DNA of 64,000 bases from Dehalococcoidia bacterium (GTDB lineage Bacteria > Chloroflexota > Dehalococcoidia > Lucifugimonadales > UBA3495), in assembly GCA_965243255.1 (NCBI GenBank), contig CBDEUH010000004.1, positions 2,034,132-2,098,131 on the forward strand, in the 5' to 3' direction. A program made the position numbers and the translations under genes. Under the pieces are notes generated by a model, which had not been told where the DNA came from, ran no database searches, and worked only from the letters and a program-made list of their open reading frames with translations. Below are positions 36,008-44,602 of the stretch, in pieces (the stretch's first letter is position 1; every line of letters starts with the position of its first letter).

Positions 36008-36852
36008 TGCCCAAAGTAACCGACCGCAGCAGTTCCGCCACCGGCCGGCCCGCCTTCATCTGCGACTACTCGCCGCCCCGGTCGGGCCGTCTGGAGCACA
36101 CTCCCGAACCCCCCGCACAGGCCGACTTCATATCCGCCGCCTACAATCCGGGCCGCGCCGTGCGAGTCAACTCGGTAGCGATGGCCGCCGCCCTGCGCGA
36201 CCACTACGGCGCCAATCCCATTTTCACCCTGGCCACCCGGGATATGAACCGGCTGGCCCTGGAATCCCTGCTGCTGGGCGCCCAGGCGCTGCAACTGGAT
36301 AACGTCATCGTGGTGGCCGGCGACCCCTTCGGCCCGCAGGATGCCGCCGCCACCGTCAACGACTACCGGGCTACGGAACTCATCGCCGCCATCGGCCGGC
36401 TAAACGACGGCATCGACTACCGGGGACGCAACCTGCGCGCATCAACCGACTTCTGCATCGGCGCAACGGTGGATTTGGCCCGGGGCATCGAGCAGGAAGC
36501 TCGCCTGGCGGTGCGCAAAGTGCAGGCCGGCGCGCACTTTCTCATCACCCAGCCCGTGTACGACCCGGAGGATGTACATCGATTCAACGATGCCGGCGGC
36601 GGTCTCACCGTCCCGGTCTTCTACGGCGTCGGACTGATGGAACCTGACGGCGTGTCCTTCGCTGCCGTTCCGGAATGGGCTAACGACTACCTCGCCGCCG
36701 GACGCTCCGGCGTGGACATCGCGCTGGAAGTGTGGGCGGGCCTGCAGGCCGCCGGCGCTACCGACTGTTACCTGGTGCCCCCCATCCGCCGCAGCGGGGC
36801 CAGAAATTACGAGGCCGCCCGCGAATTTCTACAACGGGCGGCCAACGGATAA
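36007..36852 (+). CDS. methylenetetrahydrofolate reductase-family protein
   Basis: 281 aa. The ATG overlaps the upstream stop (TGATG). 'NVIVVAGDP' and 'KVQAGAHFLITQPVYD' are present. Confidence 0.65.
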   Translation: MPKVTDRSSSATGRPAFICDYSPPRSGRLEHTPEPPAQADFISAAYNPGRAVRVNSVAMAAALRDHYGANPIFTLATRDMNRLALESLLLGAQALQLDNVIVVAGDPFGPQDAAATVNDYRATELIAAIGRLNDGIDYRGRNLRASTDFCIGATVDLARGIEQEARLAVRKVQAGAHFLITQPVYDPEDVHRFNDAGGGLTVPVFYGVGLMEPDGVSFAAVPEWANDYLAAGRSGVDIALEVWAGLQAAGATDCYLVPPIRRSGARNYEAAREFLQRAANG

Positions 36853-36871
36853 TCGGTTTAGGGCAACGTCC

Positions 36872-38545
36872 CTATGGCCCCCACGGCGGCGCGGCGGCCA
36901 CGTCCCCGTCGCTGACGATGTCCACCACCGCCGGACGGTTGGCACTCACCGCCTGGTCGAGCGCCGAGTTGATCTGGTTGGGGTCGGTAACGCGGATGCC
37001 CAGCGCGCCCATGGACTCGGCAATCTGCGCGAAGTTGGTGTCGTTGAAACGCCACAGTTCGCCGGAGTTGCCCCCCTCGCGGCCCTCGTAAGCTGCCTCG
37101 TCTCCCCGCCGGTCCTGGTTCAGCCCGCCGTTGTTGTGCACCACGGTAACCGCGTTGATGCCGTAGCGCACCGCCGTCTCCAGCTCGCCGATGTGGTACC
37201 ACATCCCGCCGTCGCCGGTCCAGCACACCACGGGACGGTCGGGCGCGCCGCACTTGGCTCCCAGCGCCGCTGGCAGTCCCCAGCCCAGCGAACCGGCGGC
37301 CCGCAGGTACGACTGCCCCAGATGGTTCAGATCAACCATGCTGCCCGTCCAGATGCCGGCGTGTCCCGTATCGGCCACCAGCACGGCGTCGGACGGCAGG
37401 AAGTCGGTCAACTCCTGGCACAGCCGCTCCGGGCGAATCGGCACGGCGTTGGAGTTCAGCACGTCGTGATGCTCGTCCCGCCAGTTCTGCACGTGTTCCT
37501 GCGCCCGCGACACCCAGCCGGCGTTGCCCCCGGTGGGTTCGAGCACGTCAATCAGCCGCTCCAGCGTCCGCTTGGCGTCGCCCAGCAGCCCATACGCGCC
37601 CGGATACGACCGCCCCAGTTCGCTGGCGTCAATGTCAATCTGGACGGTGGGCGTACCAACGGCCGGCAGCCGCCAGTCCAACGTAACCTGGCTCCCGGTG
37701 TGGCTGCCGATGAACAGCACCAGGTCCGCCTCGGACACCACCCGGTTGGCCGACCAGCGCGAGTAGCTGCCCACCACGCCCACGGACAGCGGGTGATTCT
37801 CGGGGATGCAGCCCTTGGCGTTCAGCGCCGTAGCCACCGGAATGTTCAGCATCTCCGCCAGCCGTACCACCTCGGCCTGCGCTCCCGACGCGGTTACGCC
37901 GCCGCCGGCCACGATGACCGGACGCTCGGCCTGGGACAGTATCCGCGCTGCCTCGCGCACCCGTTCCGGTTCCGGCTCGGGACGGAAGGCCGGGCGCTCC
38001 GTGAACGGGTCCTCGACGATGACGTCGATGTCCAGCTCGCCGTCGGTGATTACGTCGCCGGAGATGCCCGAAAAGTCCAGGTGCGCCGGCAGCGTCTGCC
38101 CGGTGGTAACCTCACGGAACGCCTGCCGCAGCAGGTGCGGCAACTGCTCCACCGTTTCCACCTCCGCGCTGTACTTGGTAACCGACGCGAAGGGCTTGGA
38201 GTGCTCAATCTCCTGGTACGAGTTGCGGTGCCGGTGCATCGGCGGACGATGCCCGGTGATGGCGATGACCGGCGAAACGCCCAGGTAGGCATCCTGCAAT
38301 CCGGCCGCCAGGTTGGCCGCGCCCACCGATTGGGCGAAGCACAGCCCCGGCTTGCCGGTAACCCGCGCGTAGGCGTCGGCCATGTACGCCGCCGACTTCT
38401 CGCCGTGCGATATGACCCGCTTGATGCCCACGTCCTCCATCTCAACGAGGGCGCGGCGGATGATGGCGGGAACAAAGAAAACGTGGGTTACCCCGTACTC
38501 CCGCAGTGTTTCCGCGAGAAACCGGGCGCCGGTCATTCTGGGCAT
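36872..38545 (-). CDS. thiamine diphosphate-dependent enzyme (acetolactate synthase-like, paralogue 2)
   Basis: 557 aa from ATG 38545 with a CAGGAGG RBS. 'GARFLAETLREYGVTHVFFVP' and 'TGDGGMWYHIGELETAV..NNGGLN'. Confidence 0.82.
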   Translation of the reverse strand: MPRMTGARFLAETLREYGVTHVFFVPAIIRRALVEMEDVGIKRVISHGEKSAAYMADAYARVTGKPGLCFAQSVGAANLAAGLQDAYLGVSPVIAITGHRPPMHRHRNSYQEIEHSKPFASVTKYSAEVETVEQLPHLLRQAFREVTTGQTLPAHLDFSGISGDVITDGELDIDVIVEDPFTERPAFRPEPEPERVREAARILSQAERPVIVAGGGVTASGAQAEVVRLAEMLNIPVATALNAKGCIPENHPLSVGVVGSYSRWSANRVVSEADLVLFIGSHTGSQVTLDWRLPAVGTPTVQIDIDASELGRSYPGAYGLLGDAKRTLERLIDVLEPTGGNAGWVSRAQEHVQNWRDEHHDVLNSNAVPIRPERLCQELTDFLPSDAVLVADTGHAGIWTGSMVDLNHLGQSYLRAAGSLGWGLPAALGAKCGAPDRPVVCWTGDGGMWYHIGELETAVRYGINAVTVVHNNGGLNQDRRGDEAAYEGREGGNSGELWRFNDTNFAQIAESMGALGIRVTDPNQINSALDQAVSANRPAVVDIVSDGDVAAAPPWGP

Positions 38546-38567
38546 AAGTAGCCTCCTGTTCAATACT

Positions 38568-38607
38568 CCCTCTCCCTCGACGGGAGAGGGCTGGGGTGAG
38601 GGTGAAG
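38568..38607. repeat. REP-like GC-rich hairpin element, copy 1
   Basis: CCCTCTCCC-tcgac-GGGAGAGGG followed by ctggggtgagggtg. Lies between the CMD stop and the ThDP gene start, so it may also act as a terminator. Confidence 0.6.
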
Positions 38608-38617
38608 TCGTCTCCGT

Positions 38618-38938
38618 CTAAACCCCCCGCTCCTCAAACACTTCCTTGGCCACCCGCACCGCGTTGGCCGCCACCGGCCAGCCGGCGTAAAAAGCCATGT
38701 GCGTAATGACCTCCGAGATTTCAGCGCGGGTAACACCGTTGTCCAGCGCCCGCCCGATGTGTCCCCGCAATTGGTCGGTGCGGTAAAGGGCGGTGAGCGT
38801 CGCCACAGTGATGAGGCTTCGGTCGCGCTTGGACAGTTCGGGTCGCTCCCAGACGTCGCCGAACAGAACGTCGGCCGACAACTGGGCCAGTTTCGGGGAT
38901 ACTTCCTGCATTACGGTGCGGGCTGCGGGCTGCGTCAT
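38618..38938 (-). CDS. carboxymuconolactone decarboxylase family protein
   Basis: 106 aa from ATG 38938 with a CAGGAGG RBS. 'LSKRDRSLITVATLTALYRTDQLRGHI..GVTRAEISEVITHMAFYAGWP'. Confidence 0.78.
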   Translation of the reverse strand: MTQPAARTVMQEVSPKLAQLSADVLFGDVWERPELSKRDRSLITVATLTALYRTDQLRGHIGRALDNGVTRAEISEVITHMAFYAGWPVAANAVRVAKEVFEERGV

Positions 38939-39056
38939 AACGCCTCCTGGGGTGTGCTGTGTCTGGGTACCAACGATGCGGCGAAGAACATAACCATTCG
39001 CCGCCGCCGGGCAGTATAGTACGGAACCCCTGCTATGGGTAGTGGCATCGGATAGT

Positions 39057-39094
39057 CCTTCTCCGCTGGAGGGAGAGGGTTGGGTGTGGGGAGC
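39057..39094. repeat. REP-like GC-rich hairpin element, copy 2
   Basis: CCTTCTCC-gctggag-GGAGAGGG followed by ttgggtgtgggg. Same orientation and layout as copy 1. Confidence 0.55.
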
Positions 39095-39128
39095 ACAGTC
39101 CCGCTTGAGACCCCCCTGCGACTGGCAA

Positions 39129-39137
39129 TGGTACAAT
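39129..39137 (+). promoter_or_regulatory. extended -10 promoter of the aspartyl protease gene
   Basis: TGgTACAAT, about 30 nt upstream of ATG 39167. The GGGAG RBS lies between them. Confidence 0.4.
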
Positions 39138-39166
39138 ACCCTGACCGCGAGTGATGGGAGTATGTA

Positions 39167-39538
39167 ATGTCAATCTTCAAAGTGGACGTAGGAGTTGGCC
39201 ACCCCGAGGGCGGCGACCTGTCCCCCATACGCCCGGTAGTGGACACTGGTGCGGCTCATTCCATGATACCGGAATCCTTGTTGACTCAACTCAGCATTGA
39301 GCCCCGTCGGCAACTCCCTTATATTCTCGCCGACGGTCGCCGGGTCGAGTATGGCTACGGATTGGCGCGTTTCAATATCGGCGGCGAGGAATGGCCTTGC
39401 CCGGTGATCTTCGGTCCGGATGACAACTACCTGCTCGGCGCGTCCACCCTGGAGATTTTCAACCTGGTCGTTGACCCGAGCGGCGAACGGCTGGCCCCGG
39501 TCGAATTGCTCCCCCTCGGCTGGGGCGGCGAGCTGTAG
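39167..39538 (+). CDS. retropepsin-like (clan AA) aspartyl protease, stand-alone
   Basis: 123 aa. 'VVDTGAAHSMIP' is the catalytic D-T-G-A, and 'LLGASTLEIFNLVVD' follows. Confidence 0.6.
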   Translation: MSIFKVDVGVGHPEGGDLSPIRPVVDTGAAHSMIPESLLTQLSIEPRRQLPYILADGRRVEYGYGLARFNIGGEEWPCPVIFGPDDNYLLGASTLEIFNLVVDPSGERLAPVELLPLGWGGEL

Positions 39539-39551
39539 CTGCTGCCCCCGT

Positions 39552-39581
39552 TTGACACCCCCAAACGCCCACGCATAAACT
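39552..39581 (+). promoter_or_regulatory. sigma70-type promoter of DUF3500 paralogue 2
   Basis: TTGACA (39552-57), 18 nt, TAAACT (39576-81). Same TTGACAcc/18-nt/TAnACT layout as paralogue 1. Confidence 0.5.
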
Positions 39582-39601
39582 GTCGCCATTACCACCCCGT
39601 T

Positions 39602-39643
39602 ATTCCTGCGCAAGTTGGAGATACGCCTTTGGCGTGCAGGAAT
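39602..39643 (+). promoter_or_regulatory. structured 5' UTR hairpin ahead of DUF3500 paralogue 2
   Basis: Outer stem ATTCCTGC/GCAGGAAT (8 bp), inner stem ACGCC-ttt-GGCGT, ending 10 nt before the GGAGGAG RBS. Confidence 0.4.
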
Positions 39644-39666
39644 CTAGACTCACGGAGGAGCACCCC

Positions 39667-40674
39667 ATGACCACGGCCCATACGCACGACCATCCTCACA
39701 CCCACCCCCAGGCCGCCGGGGAAATGCGCGGCGCAGCCCTCGCCCTGCTGGGCAGCCTGGACGCCAGCCAGAAAGCTGCCATCAGCTTCAGCTACTACGA
39801 CGGTGAGCGCATCTTCTGGTACTACCCGCCCCTGAACCGCCACGGGCTCGCCCTGCGCGACATGAACGAAGACCAGCGCAAGCTGGCCTACGCCCTCATG
39901 GCCACCGGACTCACCGAGGACTCCAACCGCAAGGCCCAGCTCATCATCGAGCACGAAGCCGTCCTCGGCCCCCTGGAGCAGGAACAGGGCCGCATCACCT
40001 GGGACCGCAACCCCCTGCTCTATTCCTGGACCATTTTCGGCGACCCCGGCGACGACTCCGCACCCTGGGGCTGGCGGGTTGAGGGACACCACGTCTCGCT
40101 GCACTACAGCGTCTGGGGCGACCGCGTGCTGTCCATGACCCCCTTCTTCTTCGGCGCCAACCCGGCGGAAGTCCGCAAGGGGCCCAAGGAGGGCCTTCGC
40201 ATCCTGGGCGACAGCCAGGACATCGCGCTGGAACTGATGGAAAGCCTGGACGCCGGCCAGAAGGGCCGCGCCATGATTTACGACGAAGCGCCGGCCGACA
40301 TCGTCACCTTCAACGCCTCCCGCGCCTCGCTGCCCAAGGAAGAGGGCCTGCCGGCCTCGGCCATGTCCGGCGTGCAGCGTGAGATGCTCATGGCCCTGGC
40401 CAGCGAGTACGTAACCCGCATCCGCTCCGACCTGGCCGAGGAGAAGCTCACCGCCCTGCGCGAGGGCGGACTGGAGAGGATCCATCTGGCCTGGGGCGGC
40501 CCCATCGACCGCACTCAGCCCCACTACTACCGGCTCCACGGCGGGGACTTCGTCGTCGAGTACGACAACCGCCAGAACGGCGCCAACCACATCCACTCCG
40601 TGCTCCGCGACGTCAGCAACGACTTTGCCAGCGACGTCATGCGCGACCACCTGCTCATGTACCACATCCTCTAA
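39667..40674 (+). CDS. DUF3500 domain protein (paralogue 2) with His-rich N-terminus
   Basis: 335 aa from ATG 39667 with a GGAGGAG RBS. 'MTTAHTHDHPHTHP', 'FWYYPPLNRHGLALRDM', 'WRVEGHHVSLHYSVWGD' and 'ANHIHSVLRD'. Confidence 0.72.
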   Translation: MTTAHTHDHPHTHPQAAGEMRGAALALLGSLDASQKAAISFSYYDGERIFWYYPPLNRHGLALRDMNEDQRKLAYALMATGLTEDSNRKAQLIIEHEAVLGPLEQEQGRITWDRNPLLYSWTIFGDPGDDSAPWGWRVEGHHVSLHYSVWGDRVLSMTPFFFGANPAEVRKGPKEGLRILGDSQDIALELMESLDAGQKGRAMIYDEAPADIVTFNASRASLPKEEGLPASAMSGVQREMLMALASEYVTRIRSDLAEEKLTALREGGLERIHLAWGGPIDRTQPHYYRLHGGDFVVEYDNRQNGANHIHSVLRDVSNDFASDVMRDHLLMYHIL

Positions 40675-40701
40675 GCCAGGCGAGATCGGCGGTCGCTATT
40701 C

Positions 40702-40728
40702 GGGAGCAGCGTCAAACTGCTCCCTTTT
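40702..40728 (+). terminator. intrinsic terminator after DUF3500 paralogue 2
   Basis: GGGAGCAG-cgtcaaa-CTGCTCCC followed by TTTTCATTT. Confidence 0.7.
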
Positions 40729-40795
40729 CATTTGCTATCATATAGACTCGCCCGCTTGCACAATCACGGGCCGCCCACCACAGGAGCCACCCAAG

Positions 40796-42046
40796 ATGAC
40801 CACCGTCCTCGACCGCATCGACCCCGCCGTCGCCGCCGCCATCGAAAGCGAAAACCGCCGCCAGCGCGATTCCATCGTGCTCATCGCCTCGGAAAACTAC
40901 GCCAGCAAGGCCGTGCTGGAAGCCCAGGCCCAGCTGATGAACAACAAGTACGCCGAGGGCTACCCAGGCCGGCGCTACTACGGCGGCTGCGAGTTCGTGG
41001 ACGTGGTGGAGACCCTGGCCATCGACCGCGCCAAAGCCCTCTTCGGCGCCGAACACGCCAACGTCCAGGCCCACAGCGGCGCACAGGCCAACATGGCCGC
41101 CTACTTCGCCGTCCTGGAACCCGGCGACACCGTCCTGGGTATGCAGCTAGACATGGGCGGACACCTCACCCACGGCGCCGGCGTCAACTTCTCCGGCAAC
41201 CTCTACCAATTCGTTCCCTACGGCGTGGACCGGGAAACGGAAACCATCGACTACGATCAGGTTCAGCAACTGGCCAGGGAGCACAACCCCAAGCTCATCG
41301 TCGCCGGCTGCAGCAGCTACTCCCGCACGCTGGACTTCCCTCGCTTCCGCGCCATCGCCGACTCCGTGGGCGCGCTGCTGATGGTGGACATGGCCCACAT
41401 CTCCGGACTCATCGCCGGCGGAGCCCACCCGTCGCCCTTCCCCCATGCGCAGGTCGTAACCTCAACCACGCAGAAGACCCTGCGCGGCCCCCGGGGCGGC
41501 ATGGTTCTCACCGAGGCGGAGCTGGGCCGCAAGGTTGACTTCGCCGTGTTTCCCTATATGCAGGGCGGCCCGTTTATGCACGTCATCGCCGCCAAGGCCG
41601 TCTGCTTCGAGGAGGCGTTGCAGCCCGACTTTTCCAGGTACGCCCACCAGGTGGTCGCCAATGCTCAGGTGCTGGCCCAGGAGCTTTCCGAGGCCGGCGT
41701 CCGCCTGGTCGCCGGCGGCACCGACAATCACCTGATGCTGGTTGACCTGACCCCTTTGGGCGTTACCGGACGGCAGGCCGAGCGCGCCCTGGAATCAGTG
41801 GACATCGTCGCCAACAAGAACGCCATCCCCTACGACCAGCTGCCGCCGCGCACCGCCTCCGGACTGCGCCTGGGCACTCCGGCCATCACCAGCCGGGGCA
41901 TGGGCGAGGAGGACACCCGCCAGGTCGCCAAACTAATCGTCCGCACTCTGGGGAACATCGGCGACGACGGAGCCCTGTCCACCATCCGAGACGAAGTCCG
42001 CCACCTCAGCAACCAGTTCCCCGTCCCCGGCCTGGACGAAGAATAA
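40796..42046 (+). CDS. glyA: serine hydroxymethyltransferase
   Basis: 416 aa from ATG 40796. 'LIASENYAS', 'YAEGYPGRRYYGGCE' and 'VTSTTQKTLRGPRGG' (PLP lysine region). Confidence 0.95.
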   Translation: MTTVLDRIDPAVAAAIESENRRQRDSIVLIASENYASKAVLEAQAQLMNNKYAEGYPGRRYYGGCEFVDVVETLAIDRAKALFGAEHANVQAHSGAQANMAAYFAVLEPGDTVLGMQLDMGGHLTHGAGVNFSGNLYQFVPYGVDRETETIDYDQVQQLAREHNPKLIVAGCSSYSRTLDFPRFRAIADSVGALLMVDMAHISGLIAGGAHPSPFPHAQVVTSTTQKTLRGPRGGMVLTEAELGRKVDFAVFPYMQGGPFMHVIAAKAVCFEEALQPDFSRYAHQVVANAQVLAQELSEAGVRLVAGGTDNHLMLVDLTPLGVTGRQAERALESVDIVANKNAIPYDQLPPRTASGLRLGTPAITSRGMGEEDTRQVAKLIVRTLGNIGDDGALSTIRDEVRHLSNQFPVPGLDEE

Positions 42047-42060
42047 GGACCCCTCTCCCG

Positions 42061-42807
42061 TCATCTCCGCCCGACAAACAGGTTCCCCCCGAACCCTCCT
42101 TCATAGTCGTGGGTCTGGATGTATTCAGCCTCCAGGCCAGCCTCGGACAGCAGGCTCAGCCACGTCGCCATCGGGAACAGGCCGCCGGTGTGCCGGTCCA
42201 GCTCAACCTTGATCCGGCCACCCTCGTCGATGATGAAGACGAACACCGACTCCACGGCGGTGCTGCCTTCCCGGGGAGCGGCCACGTACTCTATGAAGGT
42301 GACGCCCCCGTCGCCGCCTGACTTGGTCCAGTCGATTACCCGGGGGCCGGAGAGGCTTTCCCGCAGCCAGTCGGGAGCCAGCAGCACGATACCACCCGGA
42401 TTCAGGTGCTCAACGGCCGTGGCGATGGCCGCCCGCAGGTCCGCCTCCGTTGTCATGTAGTTCACCGCGTCGTGGATGGCCACCACGTCAAAGGTGTGAC
42501 CCAAACGGACGGTGCGCATATCTCCCAGGTGATGCAACGTCTGCGGGTTCAGCTCCCGCGATATCTCCAGCATTTGCGGCGAGATATCCACCGCCTCGGT
42601 GATGAAGTGCGCCGTCAGGTGCGACAGCAGATGCCCGCCGCCGCAGCCCAGCTCCAGCAGCGTTGGCAGACTCCGGCCGGCTCTTGGCCCAAGGTCCAGG
42701 CGGCTGCGGATAACGTCCAGCCACTCCTGCGCCTCCAGCAGGTACTCCTCCGGCGGGCTGATGATGGGCCACAGATGGGCTAGGTCGTCGTAGAGCCGCA
42801 GCGTCAT
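42061..42807 (-). CDS. class I SAM-dependent methyltransferase
   Basis: 248 aa. Motif I 'LLELGCGGGHL' and 'FDVVAIHDAVNYM'. Confidence 0.8.
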   Translation of the reverse strand: MTLRLYDDLAHLWPIISPPEEYLLEAQEWLDVIRSRLDLGPRAGRSLPTLLELGCGGGHLLSHLTAHFITEAVDISPQMLEISRELNPQTLHHLGDMRTVRLGHTFDVVAIHDAVNYMTTEADLRAAIATAVEHLNPGGIVLLAPDWLRESLSGPRVIDWTKSGGDGGVTFIEYVAAPREGSTAVESVFVFIIDEGGRIKVELDRHTGGLFPMATWLSLLSEAGLEAEYIQTHDYEGGFGGNLFVGRR

Positions 42808-42814
42808 CCGCCAA

Positions 42815-43084
42815 TCACGCCGCCATGCCGCCCACGCCGTGCGTCTCGACGTACAGGTACTCCCGCACCCGTGCCAGGCAGACGCCCCGGGCCGGCGGGT
42901 TGTTGTTCAGCCAGCGTTCCAGGTTGCTGATGATGACCCCAGGCTCCAGTTCGATGTAAGGCCGGCCCAATTCCAGCCAGCGTTCGATCATGCGCCGGGC
43001 GTCCGCCGGCAGCTGCCTGTCGGCCTCGTTGTCGATATCGCTATACGCAGCCGGATACCATTGCGTCGGATTCTCAACCGTCAT
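42815..43084 (-). CDS. hypothetical protein (89 aa)
   Basis: ATG 43084 with a GAAGGAG RBS. It ends 7 nt before the methyltransferase start. No family recognised. Confidence 0.4.
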   Translation of the reverse strand: MTVENPTQWYPAAYSDIDNEADRQLPADARRMIERWLELGRPYIELEPGVIISNLERWLNNNPPARGVCLARVREYLYVETHGVGGMAA

Positions 43085-43101
43085 GGTGCAACTCCTTCTT
43101 C

Positions 43102-43121
43102 TTTCGTACAATTGTACGAAA
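43102..43121. promoter_or_regulatory. perfect 20-bp palindrome, candidate operator
   Basis: TTTCGTACAA|TTGTACGAAA, 18 nt upstream of ATG 43084, in the divergent spacer toward the MFS gene. A partial extra half-site 'acaaattgt' follows. Confidence 0.5.
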
Positions 43122-43219
43122 CAAATTGTCGCAACGCAACCCCCTGCCAATCCCCAAAGCTCCGATGATAATCCTAATCATACAATATCCCCTGTACCCA
43201 TATTCGCAAAAAGCGTAGA

Positions 43220-44602
43220 ATGTCCGGCATTGTGCAGTTCCGCAGGCCCCAAATCTTCTACGGCTGGTACATCGTCTTCGCTACCGGCTTCGTGATGACC
43301 ATCGCCACGGTGCCGTTGTTCCACGCCATGACGCTGTGGGCCGTGGCCCTGGAAAACCACTTTGGCTGGCCCCGCGGCCAATTGTCCCTCGCCCTCACCC
43401 TGACCCGAATCGAGGGCGGACTCATGGGCCCCGTGGAAGGTTACCTCACCGACAAGCTGGGTGGCCGCAAGATGGTCCTCATCGGGTTCCTCATCCTGGG
43501 CCTGGGCTTCCTCATCTTCTGGCAGATTGACGCCCGGTACTGGCCCGTCGCCCCTCTCTACATGTTCTACGCGGCCTACATGGTCATGGCCCTGGGGCAG
43601 GGCATGGGCAGCTGGGTGCCCATGATGACCACCATCAACAACTGGTTCTCCCGCCGCATGGCCTCGGCCATGGGCTGGGCCAACTTCATGAGCCGCGGCG
43701 GGGCGCTGCTCGTCATCCCCCTCATTGACCTGGGGATCAACGGCAGCGTCGGCGTACCCTTCACCGACATCACGCTGGGCATCAATCACGTCGTGGGCTG
43801 GGAGGGCGTGGCCCTCATCCTCGCCATCGTGATTTTCGCCGTCGCTCTTCCCCTGTCCTTCATCATCCGCAACCGTCCCGAGGACATTGGCTTGCGACCA
43901 GACGGCGAGAACGTACCGGCCACCCGGGCCGGCCGCCGCGGCACTCCCGTTCAGCCCCAGGGCCTGACGGCGCAGCAGGCTGTCCGCACCCCTGCCTTCT
44001 GGCTCATCGCCATCGGCCACGGCATGACCAGCATGATAATCCTGGCCATCTTCACCCACCTGGGCCTGCTGCTCAAGGACGCCGGCTTCGAGCAGTACGC
44101 CGGCACCGTGGTCATCCTCTACACCCTGGTGTCCATGTTCTCCCAGCCCCTGGGCGGCTACGTCGGCGATCGCTTCCCCAAGCGCATCGGGCTCTTCGTT
44201 TTCACCACGATCCAGGCCAGCGCGGTGGTCATGCTCACCTTCAGCACCGAGCTGTGGATGTTCTACACCTTCGCCGTCATCTTCGGCATCGGCTTCGGCG
44301 GCCGCAATCCCCTTACCACATCCATCCGCGGCGAATACTTCGGTCGGGGCAACTTCGGCAAGATCCTGGGCATCAGCACCATACCCATGAACGGCCTGCT
44401 GCTCATTTCCAGCCCCTTCGCCGGCTATATGTACGACTGGCAGAACTCCTACACCATCGCCTTCCTGGTGCTGGCCGCCTTCAACTACATCGGCGGCGTC
44501 TGTTTCCTGTTCGCCAAACGGCCCCGCATTCCCACTTCACCCCAGGCCACGCCCACCGTACCGGCGTCTGCCCCTGCTACCGCTGCCGGGGACGACTCCT
44601 GA
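43220..44602 (+). CDS. MFS transporter
   Basis: 460 aa, about 12 hydrophobic segments. 'FYGWYIVFATGFVM' N-terminus and 'GYLTDKLGGRKM' as the loop 2-3 motif. Confidence 0.8.
   Translation: MSGIVQFRRPQIFYGWYIVFATGFVMTIATVPLFHAMTLWAVALENHFGWPRGQLSLALTLTRIEGGLMGPVEGYLTDKLGGRKMVLIGFLILGLGFLIFWQIDARYWPVAPLYMFYAAYMVMALGQGMGSWVPMMTTINNWFSRRMASAMGWANFMSRGGALLVIPLIDLGINGSVGVPFTDITLGINHVVGWEGVALILAIVIFAVALPLSFIIRNRPEDIGLRPDGENVPATRAGRRGTPVQPQGLTAQQAVRTPAFWLIAIGHGMTSMIILAIFTHLGLLLKDAGFEQYAGTVVILYTLVSMFSQPLGGYVGDRFPKRIGLFVFTTIQASAVVMLTFSTELWMFYTFAVIFGIGFGGRNPLTTSIRGEYFGRGNFGKILGISTIPMNGLLLISSPFAGYMYDWQNSYTIAFLVLAAFNYIGGVCFLFAKRPRIPTSPQATPTVPASAPATAAGDDS

Noticed and set aside
43216-43221. TAGAAT as the -10 element of the MFS gene
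   Set aside because: The hexamer overlaps the ATG start codon itself, so it cannot serve as the promoter for that start.
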